Counted from the first letter of the stretch, positions 38,249-50,869 are shown. The stretch: DNA of 64,000 nt from Schizochytrium sp. TIO01 (GCA_004764695.1 SMSO01000033.1:310001-374000), one strand, 5' to 3'. Notes: generated from the letters alone by a model not told the origin. Numbers and translations: made by a program.

Positions 38249-39695
38249 TACATAGAGACATAGACATTATGTACATTGTATCCACGTCTGTCTATGCATA
38301 TCTATATATTGAGACTATATCTATGTCTCAGTCTCTATGTCTCCATATGAAGATACGCGCATAGAGACTTGGACATTGTGTATCTCTTCTCCATTGTATC
38401 TATGTCTCAATATAAAGGCATACATTTACAGTATAAGGATATACATATGCAGTGAGACATGGAGACATAGGTATGATAGAGAGATACATCGATTGATTGA
38501 TTCATTCATTCATTCACTCATTCACTCATTCGTCTATTCATCCATCCATCGATATGATAGGTAACAGGATCCACAGACAGTCGATGGAACAAAAGGTAGA
38601 AAGCCAGAACGGCCCTAAGACCCACCTACCGTGGACGTAGGCGTTCCACCAGGCCGCGCCTGCGGTAGGAGTACTTATGGACTGGTAGCGGGGGCGTTCA
38701 TTTCCCGGGGAAGCGAACGAACAGCCATCGCGCGGGGCGGGAAGCCGAGGCCAACGGCGCCGGGAGGGCGCGAGGCGCTCTGTCTGTGCTCCTTTAAGCG
38801 CGCCGACAGCGACCCCCGCGCCGGCAACGCCCCTTCCCCGCTCGCCGCCGGCAGGGCGCGCGCTGCGAGGCAGGCGATACCGGGGCTGCGAGAGCCCATC
38901 CGTGGAAACCGGTTTAGCCCATTCCACCTCCTCGCTGAGAACGGAACAAATGGAACACAAGGAACACCCGCATCCTGGAAAAGAACGGGCTCTAGGCTTT
39001 TACTACTCACTGTTAACGTCGTTCCACCTGTATAGGACCTACCTAGACGATAGATAGTAACGCTGAAGAACGAGCGAAGCGGGATTTTCAAGGCCATGGA
39101 GCTTGAACGAATGAACCTCGACGCCCTTAGAGACCGCAAGAAGCCGCTGCCGACAGCGAGGGCGCTGGCAAGTAGGTCATCCGGCGCCCTCCAATACAGG
39201 CATCCAGGCAGCCATTCAGCCAGGCTTCGCAGCCAGCCAGGCTTCGCAGCGCTCGGGCCAAGGCGAGACCCGAAGGGTTCTTCAATTCATTCGTTCGTTC
39301 ACTCACTCCATCGTTCATTTATCCGCTCGTTCTGTCAAAGCGGTGCTCTTTTGGAACGGACCATGCCAAGCAGGGATTAAAGTACATCAATAAAATACGC
39401 CAGGTGAGGATAGTGGTTACATACACATTTCGGTAGCAGCTCCCCCTGTGTAGTGTATATGTTAGGTGTGTAGTAGGAGTATGCGGCGTATTTTAATTTA
39501 ATCCGTGCACCAGCAGGTCAGGCGGGGTCTGGAAAGCGAGAAACCCTCAGAAACTCTGCAAAGCGAAGGCAGAGAGGCCGCGACCCTCTGCAGAAGGGAG
39601 GCCTCAGGCCGCCGCACGTCCCTCTGCTCCAGCTTCCGCTCGCCTTGGACCGGTCTCCACCGGCCTTGGAAGCCTCGAGGTCTTCAGGTGTCCAC

Positions 39696-39737
<42 letters not shown>

Positions 39738-40308
39738 GTGCCTTTCACATACAATTTTCCCTTCGCTGCGCCCCTTAGGAGTCCCTTACTATGTCCTATA
39801 GTGGGGTAGGGAAAATACGACATGGGGGTCCTAACGTAAGGCATAGGTAAACCCTACTCTCTGCCGATCTAGCTGTCTAACTACCGAACTCGCTAAGCAA
39901 ACTAACAAACGCGCCGCTCTCTAAGACCTCCGATAGGAGTCCCGATAGGAGTCGCCCGCTGAACGACTGTCCCCTCTGGCTATACCAGGTCCTATTAAAC
40001 TGCGCACAGGAGAGGAGAATGGGGTAGCTAGTCCTTAGGGTACAATTAGGGGTAGCTGGGCCTACGAAGAACGGCTTTTGAGTGATGGATCGTTGTGTCA
40101 TGAAAGAATGAATGATCCATTCATTCACTCATCCGTCCATCCATCCATCCATCCATTTATCGATTAACTGATTGATTGATCCATTCATTCATTCAATCAA
40201 TCAATCAATCATCATCCATTCTTCCGTTCATCCATTCATCGATCAATTGATTGGATGTATAGCATCACCTAGCTCGACAAGATAGCAAGACCTGGGTCGA
40301 CTGAAGGT

Positions 40309-40391
40309 TTATTTGCTTGTTTATTTATTTATTTATTTATTTATTTGTTTGTTTATTTGTTTGTTTGTTTGTTTGTTTGTTTGTTTGTTTG
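40309..40391. repeat. (TTTA)n/(TTTG)n compound microsatellite
   Basis: Directly visible. Confidence 0.93.
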
Positions 40392-43300
40392 TCTTCATTG
40401 AAGGTCTTCATTGAAGATTGAAGAAAGAAACAGGAATCGCAGATAGACAGACGGACAGACAGACAGAGCCCACTCAGGCGCTCGTAGACGCCCTCCTGCG
40501 GGCCGAGGGCAGGCCCCTACCTACCTGCCTGTCTGCTGTGCTCTGCCGCTCTTCACGCCGCTCGCATGGGAAGCGGGAAGCGCCAGACGACGGAGATGGA
40601 TCGAGGCGCTTTCAGTTTTTATCTTCAGCTTTCCTTCTCTCCCGCTACGTGATGTTAAGTAACTCCTATCCTATAGCACTATCTACCCTCACGCCTAATA
40701 TTCGAGAGGTGTGCGAAGCTAGCTGGAGCAAACCCCCCCCCCACCCTATGCCACTCCTACTGATTGGGTTATGAGGGCCCCGGCACGGACATGATGCACT
40801 GCTGTTCTGCTGTATCACTGATTGGATTGACACGGAGGAAGTTGACGCCAGAATGAAGAATCAGCGCCCACGCAGAGGCTAGCTAGCTGGCTGCCTCGGC
40901 TGCCTTTCCTCACGTACCCGCAGCGGGCCCTACCTTCGCCAGGCCTGTCGAAACCCGCCTCGCTTCGAGTCTCTCGCTCTTCATTGAGGATGATTATCAT
41001 GAATTATACTTTTTTTTTTATTAATATTTTTTTTAATCAAGACATTTGTCGTCTCTCCCGGTCCGCCTGTTCGCTATGCAGTTGTATAGCTGTATCTATG
41101 GAGGTACCATTGGAACTCTAGGTAGGAAGATATTTAGCCGTTTCTAGTAGTAGTCCTACGAAAGCATTATATTATGTACACTTTATTGAGGTCATCTTTT
41201 TTATAAGTTAAAAAATCTCCTTTTCTCGTTTCAATCAAAGTTCTTTTTGGTCACGGTACTTTGAAAAGTCTTTTGGCTTTTTGTTTTGTTTTTTGAAGAT
41301 ATAAAAGGAAAGGGTGAAACTCAAACTGAAGAAATCGCTCATTCAGGTGAGTTTACTGTAATGTTCAAGCTACTCTGCTCCAACGTGGGTACCTAGGTAC
41401 CTACTGGTGGGCTCTGGGTTGTTTTCTATTTTTATTCTGAGTGCCTGGCTGCTAACCCTTTTTCGAGGAGTTTACTTTTCTAGTTATAGTAGAAAATAAA
41501 TATCTGTATAAAAAATCAAGGTCTAGAAGACAGATAGACAGGTGCTAGTGTGATAGGAGGTAGGTACGCTCTAGTAGTTCGAGATGTGCTCATGATACTT
41601 TGGGATTCAAATCGAACTCACTCATTCGAGAGCGAGAGAGATCGAAGGCGCGAAGAGATTGGCTCCAGAGCCAAAATGATACAACGCAGACGCCGCTGAG
41701 GAGGCCACTGGGAGACTAAAGGCGGGAGAGCATGGCAGCGGCAGCGTCCCCGGGAAGAGGGCTTGCTGCCTTGCTGCCTTGCTGCCTCGCTGCCTTCGTT
41801 CGCTCAACGAGGAGCTAGCTTCCTTTTCACGGTGTTGACGTTGACGCCGACGCTGACGCCGACGCTGACGTTGAGGAGGAGTGGAGGGAGATCTCGAATG
41901 AGCTTGAAACGAGTGGATCGAACTCATCCTTGGTACGAGCCGCCTGCCTGGATGCGGTGTGCATGATCATCAATCGTGATGCAGTACAAGCCCGTTCAAC
42001 TCAAAACTTGGACAGGTTTGCTTCTTCGAAGGTCGAGGGAAGTTATGGCTCCGAATGCTGGCGAGGATACGATTGACGACTGGTCGTCGTAAACTAGAAG
42101 ACTCTCTGGGCATATTCCAAAATGCGATTGTGCTCGCGAGCTCTGCCATCGCACTCACTGCCTGCATTTCTGCAAACTTGAGGGAGCTTGACTGGTCAGC
42201 GTCAAACGAGGAGCTCCAAGTCCAGTGCGTACAGTCTCGACTGCCATGTACTATCTATCATGGCAAAACGAGAAGAAGTCAAGGCATCCTAAAGTCATCT
42301 TGAACTTGATAATTGACCTAGCGAGGAAGTAGGTATACTTACCTACCTGCTTCTACTTATCTATAGATCTTTCTGCTGCTGCAGGGCTCTTAAAAGGTTG
42401 GTAGGCAGTAGTTACCTAGTACAGACTTATTACCTACCTGCCATGAGTCGCTAGCGAATTAGCAATGAGTGATTGCTTGGGCTTGAGCTTTCACCCCAAC
42501 CAATTTATCGAGAGGAGTTACTGCCTCTGAGAATAGGCGTACTTGCCAATTTGCAATGATCCTCTCTTTCTTTCCTTTTTTTTTTTTTTTTTCTTTTAAT
42601 TAATTAAAAGATGGCGTCTCATATCTTGGTAGAAAGCATAGGGTAAGAACCATGATCTTTCATTTTCTTGATCTTGATCTGTCTAGCGTATACTCGGCAC
42701 CGTTCGATGACCTAAACAAGGACCGCCACCATGAACTCCGATGAAAGACACATAGACGGCATCTACACCTTCTCCAAATATTGGCACTTCGCCTACAGCG
42801 GCAATCAAGATACCCAGGGAGATTAGCTGTATCTCTAGAGTATACTCCGAGTGTTGTGCTCCTGATCTCCCTCAGCGATATCTAAAACAATTTCTGTAAT
42901 GAACGGATCTCCTGAGCAGTCTCGGAAATAATAGTAATAATAATAATATTTATATGAAGATAAAATGGGTCTGTACATAGTTCGTGTCAATACCATTTTG
43001 TACCATTTTAGTGTAATCTCTGAGTGTGTTCTATACCGCTGTGAGTTGGACTTGAGATCAGTGCAAGCTTTCTTACGATATCGATCTAATGCTAATAGCA
43101 AGAGTAGCAAAAAGAGCACCACCTTCCATAGTTGGTAAAGAGCCTGCACCATTGTAAAGCGTAAGTGGAAACACATCATTGCGCGTCTTGAGCTTGTCCG
43201 CTACACCCATGACCAGAGCGAACGCTGACCCGAGTGATAATTTGAAAGTCTGTTAGATGCAGAATGATTAAGACCTCCTATAACTGGTGCAACATCTTTT

Positions 43301-45920
43301 TGGGGGGGGGGTTAGTTCCTGCAGAATTCCGATATAGCGATTTTTTTCACAATTGTCCTAATGATGATATATGCAATATACGCACTATCGTCGGTGATAC
43401 AGAATAATTAATCAAGTTTGAAATAGCAGAACGAATTTCTCCCAAACAGAGGGCTTCACCTCACGTTGATGAACTCAAAGAAACCTTGAGCTACACTCCA
43501 ACCCAAAAGGTTCTCACGCAGCTTCTAGTATATGCTTTTAAGTCTTTGATACCTGCAGATGAACTAATGCTATGCTCTTCCTCAGAACGCATTGAACCCA
43601 CAGTACATGCATTATGTTGATGTATTGTATTCAAACAGCTCCGAAATAGCAGCTAGTGCCGATATGAGGTTTATTTTCTCACATTACGAGCCATGTGTTC
43701 ACGAATCCGAACCCCCAGCCTACCATCACTTTTCATATGTGATTTGATGAAGCTAGCACCATCCCTCAATAATTCTTTTCTAACAATACGCCCCAGTTTG
43801 GCAATTTTGGTCAAACATCAAATACTATCATCAACATCCTTCCTCAAACGTACAAATAAGGACAACTAAGGAGAGTACAGCAAGCAGTGCTAAGTTCTAA
43901 GACTTGAAAAGAGTGTGCGAATCTCTTATTGCCACCAGGAATGGTCGGATAAACTCTCCCGGAATGAAATGTGCATATTCCAGAACTTGGTTCGTTTATG
44001 GCCTTACAGGCCACCCGGTTACCGACCGTAGAGAACACCGCCGTTTGCTGAGAACACACGCTGTTCCAGATATTGCTTGAAGCTCCAATCATAACTCATG
44101 CTTCACAGCGGGAAATAGTAGTAAGCTCACACTCTCTATAGCCAGAGGCACCCATGTCAGTCAATCATATGACTTGGGTTAAAATCAAGTCAAAGCACTC
44201 ACTCTGATACTTACCTGCCTACGGTGTCTTACGATATGAAGTAAAAGTTTGATTGATGAGAGTGCTTTTGCCTAAATGGAATGTGTACTATTTTATCTTC
44301 TCTGCAACTTTCAAACCTAAAATTTGCGAACAATCGATGTTTAACCGTATGAGCTGTCAACTTGATCTCGTTGTACATTCAGTTGATAGAATCTACCAGC
44401 ACAGCTGATCCAGCTGTAAAATTGCCAAATGACTTCTGAGTCCCTTAATCTAAGTATACCAACCATCGTATGTGCAATTGTTTCCTAACTTTAGTTGGTA
44501 GAATGAGCAGAGTTAATTTGCTTCAAAAAATTAAATCAATTTTCAATTCCAGGCGCTAATTCAGAACTAATCATATTCTGTTATTACCGTTAAGACAGCG
44601 ATTTAAAAAATACCCATAACTTCCATGATGACTTCGATGTCTCTGATGACCTAATGGCTATGCATAAACCACTGTCTTCGTCATCTTCACCTCCACGGAA
44701 CAATCTTGGCGTGGATAATCGCATGTGTACTAATTCGTATCACTGAATGCATGGTTCAAACCCTATGGTGAGCACTGTCACATTGCAATTAGCCTAGCAA
44801 TTTATTTCCAAATTGAACTCAGCACGCGAGAAATGCTGTGTTCTGAACGTCAAGAACCTAATTGTCCTCTTTGTTGCTCTCATTCAATTTCTTTCTTTCT
44901 AATCGATATTATTCCTCATCACAATTATCCAGCTCAAATATACCTCCACACAGCCCCAAAATAATCACCAAATGGCTCCCACCTTTCTTGCCTTACAAAC
45001 TTCAACAATATGCAGACGGGGTAAGCTAGCTACACTCATACCCTCCCAGTTTGAGCCCCACTTCATCCAAACGCAATGACAGCCAAAATAACTAGGCACC
45101 ACCCTAGACCACCATCTACGTCTTCAGATCATTCCAGAAAACTGCATTGGTGCTCCCACTGTCGCTCTCACAGTCGCTCTCAAGATCCCTGTCCAGAGCA
45201 TCTCGCTCTTCCACGAATTTCTTTTGTAAGCGTCAGATTGAATTCGTCGCGCGCTCTCAAAAAGGAAATCCTCCTTTTCCATGAGTCTATTTATTTTTAA
45301 TGAAAAGCCTGTCTGAGGTGAGTTTTATTTTATTGTTAACAGTACCATAGTAGCAACATTAGGTAATTCTAGTTCATTCTTTTTATTTTGATGAATATTT
45401 TCATACTTTATATTTATTTTTTAGGATGCTGCCGTATTGTTAACTTCAATGTGAACTTAGACTTTTCTGAAAAAGAACTCGAACTGGATCAGAATTAGCA
45501 GTAAAGCGCGAACTTGGCGTCAGGGTTGATACCTACAGCAGCGGAGACCACTGCCTGCCAGCGCGAAGCGGCACTGAGCACCACGTTCGTGCGCATTCTG
45601 TCTGCTTTCTGAACGCACGCATTGCCGAGCTTCCACGCCTAGACTTGGCACGAACGTGCACAGGCACTCAACCGCATCGTCTAAGCGGATTAACGGGGAG
45701 AAACACTAGGGGCGCGTTTCGGACATAAGATTTACTTGTGCGCGAGGTACTCTTAGGTGATCAACGCGTGCTCAAAACTCGCAGGCTTTAGGCTTGTCAG
45801 GGTAGTAAACGTTTTCACAGTCGAATCAACTTTGCATTTATTGAGAAGACGAAGAGGTGTATCTGTAAAAACATAGATCACTGTGGTCGGGTGTGCCTGC
45901 AATAATACCCCACTGACAAC

Positions 45921-47348
45921 ATGCAGCTCTCCAAGGTCCTAGATGCCCTCGGAAAGGTTAACCAAATGGTGCATCCTTCGTACCGCCATTACCTGCCGTC
46001 TGCAGCGTCCTTCCTCTCGCAGCCGACGACAATTGCCGCTTTGGTAATTGCAGGCGCTGCAGTTGCTGTCTCTCGACGATGCAAGCGAGTGTATGCCGAG
46101 CTAGACGATTCTTCACTCATTGAAGATATGCCCCGCAAGCGTCAGCACCTCTTGGATGATGAAGCGTTGAGTGGTTCGACATCTGTTGTTTCAGACTCCA
46201 ACAATGCCGCAGACGTGAATGCTTCTGATGAAAGAGAGACTGAAACCACCTCGCCTGACCCGAAACTCTCAGAGGATAATCTGATAGAGAATGACCCCTT
46301 GACCCTCCTTGTCGATGAGAACAAGAGCGACGATATGTTCGATGATGACTTGGCAGGTAACACCATCGACGATAAGTTCCAAAGTGATCGTGATGAAGTT
46401 GTCACTTCTCAATCTGAGAATCACAATTCGTCTGCTTCTTTACCTTCCCCATCTCCTGTCAGCGAAAAGCTTGACAATACGTCTCCTGCAGGCATGAAGT
46501 CAAACGTACCCGAAGCCATGAATTTGTCCCAAGGTGATGAGGATAGTCTGTCGGAAACAATGGATACTGAAAAGGATGACCGCAAGATTGCTTCTGAAGA
46601 GCGTATTGATCAGGGTGTGGGCTATGAAAGCGAGAATGAAAATGACGATGAGAAAGCCCCTGTGAGGAACACAACGCAACCAAGAACTACCCAAGAATTG
46701 AGTGAACACAACAAAATGGAGGTTGAGGAAGGTGACAACGATGTTCAACAGCGGAGTGAAGAAGAAGAATCAGTAGGACAAGACGACAACAATTTTTCTG
46801 CTGACGAGGCGGACGAAGAGCAAGAAGACGATCAAGAAGATGATCAAGAAGACGATCAAGAAGACGACCAAGAAGACGATCAAGAAGACGACCAAGAAGA
46901 CGACCAAGAAGACGATCAAGAAGACGATCAAGAAGACGATCAAGAAGACGACGAAAGAGAATTCGCTGATGATGATGATGATGATGATGGGGAACTCCTT
47001 GATGAGGAAAGGCCTTCAACAGTAAGAACTGGACCTAAGTCTATCTCCAAACAACCCAAGTATCCCAAGTTTGCGGACCTACGTGAACGAAACACTCTGC
47101 CATATGACAGTATGACCCCAAAACGCGGTGTTATGCAACTGTCTTCGTCTCATGACAGTAGAAGCAGAGAACAATTGGGATCGATGACTCCGCAGACCCC
47201 TGCCCAGGACATGGCAGCCGGTAACCCTTCTACCGAAAGTGCATCACCCCCCCATTCCCTGACACCTCAACCTACCCAAAAACTCTTCCGCCTTGATGAG
47301 ATTATCGAGGTGATTGATCTTACGGACTCCGCGCCTGTAACAAACTGA
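45921..47348 (+). CDS. Acidic disordered protein with N-terminal hydrophobic helix, QEDD repeats and C-terminal SIM-like motif
   Basis: 475-aa ATG ORF. Contains TTIAALVIAGAAVAVSRR, (QEDD)x11 and IIEVIDLTDS. Confidence 0.75.
   Translation: MQLSKVLDALGKVNQMVHPSYRHYLPSAASFLSQPTTIAALVIAGAAVAVSRRCKRVYAELDDSSLIEDMPRKRQHLLDDEALSGSTSVVSDSNNAADVNASDERETETTSPDPKLSEDNLIENDPLTLLVDENKSDDMFDDDLAGNTIDDKFQSDRDEVVTSQSENHNSSASLPSPSPVSEKLDNTSPAGMKSNVPEAMNLSQGDEDSLSETMDTEKDDRKIASEERIDQGVGYESENENDDEKAPVRNTTQPRTTQELSEHNKMEVEEGDNDVQQRSEEEESVGQDDNNFSADEADEEQEDDQEDDQEDDQEDDQEDDQEDDQEDDQEDDQEDDQEDDQEDDEREFADDDDDDDGELLDEERPSTVRTGPKSISKQPKYPKFADLRERNTLPYDSMTPKRGVMQLSSSHDSRSREQLGSMTPQTPAQDMAAGNPSTESASPPHSLTPQPTQKLFRLDEIIEVIDLTDSAPVTN
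46821..46952 (+). repeat. Coding 12-bp minisatellite (CAAGAAGACGAY)x11
   Basis: Directly visible. Encodes QEDD. Confidence 0.95.
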
Positions 47349-47565
47349 ATGGTTTCAACATATGTTTCACTCTTAATTGCCCCACCAGCGCAGTTCCACT
47401 TTTTTCTTTCCCATGTTCAACAATATGCAAGTGCTCAAGACGTGTTTTCTCTACTCCTGTATAGAAGGAAGACCCAAACTGATGCAACAGTATTTTTAAA
47501 AGTGAATCTTTGATTTTTTGCGTTCTATTCTGGTCAGATACTTTATGTGGTTCATACGGTCAATC

Positions 47566-48642
47566 TTAGTGCTTAGAGTGATAATTTCCACACCCTTTCG
47601 AACTTCGTGCATTATGGCGACCTGCACGAAGCTCTTGCACGCTAAGGCTGACCTGGTCAAGTAGATTATGATGCCGTTGTATCTGCCCAATTCGTTCATC
47701 TTTTCTCAAAATCGCAGATTTGTGCTCCTCGTTTAGCTTATTCGCCTCAACGAGACGTTGCTCTAGCTTCAGCACCTCTGCACGAAGTTCACGCTCTTTC
47801 TCAGCAGCGACAGCAAGTTGCGTCTCATACACTCGGTGTTCCGATTCGAGAGCTTGTAGCTGAGTTTGCAAGGAAGCTGCTCTGCATTCTGCATTCTTAC
47901 GCGCGTCAACCGCACTCTGTATAGCCTTTTCAGAACTTGCATGAGCTTCAGTAACATAAGCTTCTCTGGTTGCATTAAACTCGCACGATTTCTTGTGAAG
48001 TCGAGAAATCTCTTGGTGCGCAGTGTCTCGCTCTACCTTCAGCTTTTGAGTCAATGACTTATTCTGATCACGAAGCAACTTCAACTCAGTATTTGCATTC
48101 TCCAAATGCTGTTTGAGGAGCTCATTGCATTTTTCCAACTCAAGGTTCGATAAATTGTCTTTTCGTAACTTATCAAGGCGCTCTACGCTTGACTGGTACA
48201 TTGAATTGAGCTCTTCAATTTCTGCATCAGAGTGATCTGCTCGACGTTCTAGAGAAGAGAAGTCGTATTCTAGCTGATTACAAAGTTCACTTGTTGTAGC
48301 TCCCTTCATAGAATCTTTCTGAGCTGCAGAACGAAGCATATGATATAGTCGTAGACGCAAGGTTTCCATCTCATCTTGATGAGAAACTTTTGTTGATATC
48401 AACTTTTCTGAACTATCCCTGACTTGAGTCTTCAAATAAGTTATTTCTGCCCGTAAATTGGCCACTGTATCCTGACAGCAAACAAGAAACCCCTGCATGG
48501 TCTTTAGCAAAGCTAGATCATCGTAGGGCTCACTTAATTTTAATTCGCTTGTGCATAGACTAACGCTCATTTCTCGTCTTATTTCACTTCGTATATCAGT
48601 ATCAAACGTGTCTCGCGCTCTCTCTCTTCTTGCAGACAACAT
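47566..48642 (-). CDS. Long coiled-coil protein of unknown function (probably has additional 5' exons)
   Basis: 358-aa ORF with heptad-like E/K/L/Q composition. CTGAC...CTGTAG branch/acceptor-like signal lies immediately before the ATG. Confidence 0.7.
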   Translation of the reverse strand: MLSARRERARDTFDTDIRSEIRREMSVSLCTSELKLSEPYDDLALLKTMQGFLVCCQDTVANLRAEITYLKTQVRDSSEKLISTKVSHQDEMETLRLRLYHMLRSAAQKDSMKGATTSELCNQLEYDFSSLERRADHSDAEIEELNSMYQSSVERLDKLRKDNLSNLELEKCNELLKQHLENANTELKLLRDQNKSLTQKLKVERDTAHQEISRLHKKSCEFNATREAYVTEAHASSEKAIQSAVDARKNAECRAASLQTQLQALESEHRVYETQLAVAAEKERELRAEVLKLEQRLVEANKLNEEHKSAILRKDERIGQIQRHHNLLDQVSLSVQELRAGRHNARSSKGCGNYHSKH

Positions 48643-49210
48643 CTACAGCGCAAGTCAGTCAACACACAAGAGGCAGTATTGTACTACTCAGGTATTCAAC
48701 AAAGAGCTTCTACTAAACCTGCCCTCGAACTATCTTATTGCGATTCTGAAAGAAAAATAGCCGTTGCATATTTGGGTTGCGCTGCTTGTTGGTGATATTA
48801 GAAAAGAAAGTCAAACCTGACCAAATTGCAAGGTCCAAAAAGATTTGAATGGGGCCCATTCAGTATTGATTTCATTCAAAGTTAGCCATGCAATTTACTT
48901 TACACAATCTTTAAAAAAAGAAAAAGAAAAAGGTATACAAAGAAGCACCAGAAAACATGAACTTCTATCTTCACATTCTACCTGTGGAAAGGCTCGCATG
49001 AGGAGCCCAAGGTCTTAGGGTCTGGGTAAAGAATAGCATGATTACGTCACCCTTCTCTTGTTTGTTTTTCATATTTTGGTCATCTTTTGGTGTATTTTAT
49101 TTTTTAGAGTAGATTGCGCAAAGTAAAATGAGAAATAGTACAGGTTGGAGATTACAGTTTCGAATAATGAGATGAATAAAATCTGAAACAGAGGAGGGCA
49201 ACGCTGATTT

Positions 49211-50869
49211 CTAGTCATCGTAATGACGGCTTGAACTGCTACGATGATGATGTGATTTCTTGCTTTTTTTTTCATGGCGATCCTTATGTGACTTTTTAGA
49301 TTTCTTCTTGGAATTGTCTTTGTGATGCTTCCTAGAATACGAGTGGTCCTTGCGACGGCGCTTCTTGTGACGATGACCACTTGATGATGACGACTCACTA
49401 CCGCTATCATCACTATCGTAGCGTTCTCGACGCCGGTGGGAGGTAAGGCGTGGCTTTCCTTCGTCACTGTCAGAACGATCTCGCTGGCGCGAAGACTTGC
49501 GTTCCTCCTTTTTTGAACTGTCATAATGGTCTCGTCGGCGCGAAGACACTTGCTCGTTCCTATCGCCACTACCCAAGCGATTGCGGTGCCGTTTGCCATC
49601 CCGAGAAGACTGATCGTCATCGTGTGGGCTGCTATGGCGACGAGAGGAACTACGATCATCCCGTGAATATCTTGATCTTCGGTCATAGTCATGAGAAGGC
49701 CTGTCTGTTCGATCCCTTCCATCATTTAACGTTTCACGATGCGCACTTCGGGGAATTACTTCATGTTGGCTGACTTTAGAATGAGATCGTGTGGGCCCTT
49801 CAGGGTTTTGACGCTTGAATCCACTTTGACCATATTGAGCAGATGTCTCGGGCGGCAGTCGTCGGCGGTTTCCTCGAGCAAACTCGTTCCAAACTTTTGA
49901 TACGGACTGACTAAAGTCGACTTTGATTCGGCGATCATCGATCATGACATTATTCATCCGAAAGAAGGCCTCTTGACACTGTTCTGGAGTACCGAACTCG
50001 ATAAAAGCGTATTGAAGAGATTCGCCAGATTCCTTATCGCGAATAATCTCGCAAGATTTCACCTCTCCAAATCGGGAGAATATTAACTCCAGGTCGTCTT
50101 CTTGTGTGCTGGAATTGAGCTTGCAAACAAAGAGAACATTCTCAGGAGGTTTAACATCAGCATCGGGCAGATCACCTACCATTTCAAGGACTACTGCCCG
50201 AGACTTGGCGTCTCGGAGCTTCGCCTTTCGTTCGAGCTCTTCGGTTGACAGGCCCTCATCTTCATCCACAATCTCATCAAACGCAATACGCGGCTCCACG
50301 GCCTCTTCATGTGGACGCATATTTGCGGCCAGTTGAAACGGAGTAGGGAGGCCAGGAGGGTCTGGGAATGGGTCGATGAGAATATGCGTACATAAAATGC
50401 GAACATCCCGCAGGGGTCGATATTTGGTATCAACTTGAAGCTCATTGATCTGCGATAACGTAGTGTCAAGCCCCTCAGCAATCTCACCAAATATGGTTTT
50501 TTTCCCATTGAGGTGCTCGATACCTTGTGCAGTCATGGAGATCAAGAAGCTTGACCCGTTTTCATTCGGTCCTCCAGAAGCCATGCAGACTAGACCAGGT
50601 CGATCAAAACGTAGCTCCCGCACAATTTCGTCCTCAAAATACGTTTTGCCAGGGTTTTCCAGTAAACTGAATACGCTCTGCCCTCCCCTCCCCGTGGCTG
50701 TTGGATCTCCTGTTCTCATCCAGTAGTTCCTCTCCACGTCAAAGAAGAGGTGGCCATCATAGTAGCGCACCTTACATAGTTTCACAAAATTCTCGCAAGC
50801 TTTTGGACAGTCATCCACGAACAAATCTACGACGAAGTTTCCCGCAGATGTCTCAATTAGAACCGACAT
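49211..50869 (-). CDS. PPIL4: Cyclophilin-RRM protein PPIL4/CYP59-like with RS/K-rich tail
   Basis: MSVLIETSAGNFVVDLF..CPKACENFVKLCK, TGDPTATGRGG and PPENVLFVCKLN...YAFIEF...NVMIDDRRIKVDFSQSV. Confidence 0.95.
   Translation of the reverse strand: MSVLIETSAGNFVVDLFVDDCPKACENFVKLCKVRYYDGHLFFDVERNYWMRTGDPTATGRGGQSVFSLLENPGKTYFEDEIVRELRFDRPGLVCMASGGPNENGSSFLISMTAQGIEHLNGKKTIFGEIAEGLDTTLSQINELQVDTKYRPLRDVRILCTHILIDPFPDPPGLPTPFQLAANMRPHEEAVEPRIAFDEIVDEDEGLSTEELERKAKLRDAKSRAVVLEMVGDLPDADVKPPENVLFVCKLNSSTQEDDLELIFSRFGEVKSCEIIRDKESGESLQYAFIEFGTPEQCQEAFFRMNNVMIDDRRIKVDFSQSVSKVWNEFARGNRRRLPPETSAQYGQSGFKRQNPEGPTRSHSKVSQHEVIPRSAHRETLNDGRDRTDRPSHDYDRRSRYSRDDRSSSRRHSSPHDDDQSSRDGKRHRNRLGSGDRNEQVSSRRRDHYDSSKKEERKSSRQRDRSDSDEGKPRLTSHRRRERYDSDDSGSESSSSSGHRHKKRRRKDHSYSRKHHKDNSKKKSKKSHKDRHEKKSKKSHHHRSSSSRHYDD

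Noticed and set aside
44207-44218. ATACTTACCTG resembling the U1 snRNA 5' end
   Set aside because: No U1 stem-loops or Sm site follow. It is simply the complement of a 5' splice-site consensus.
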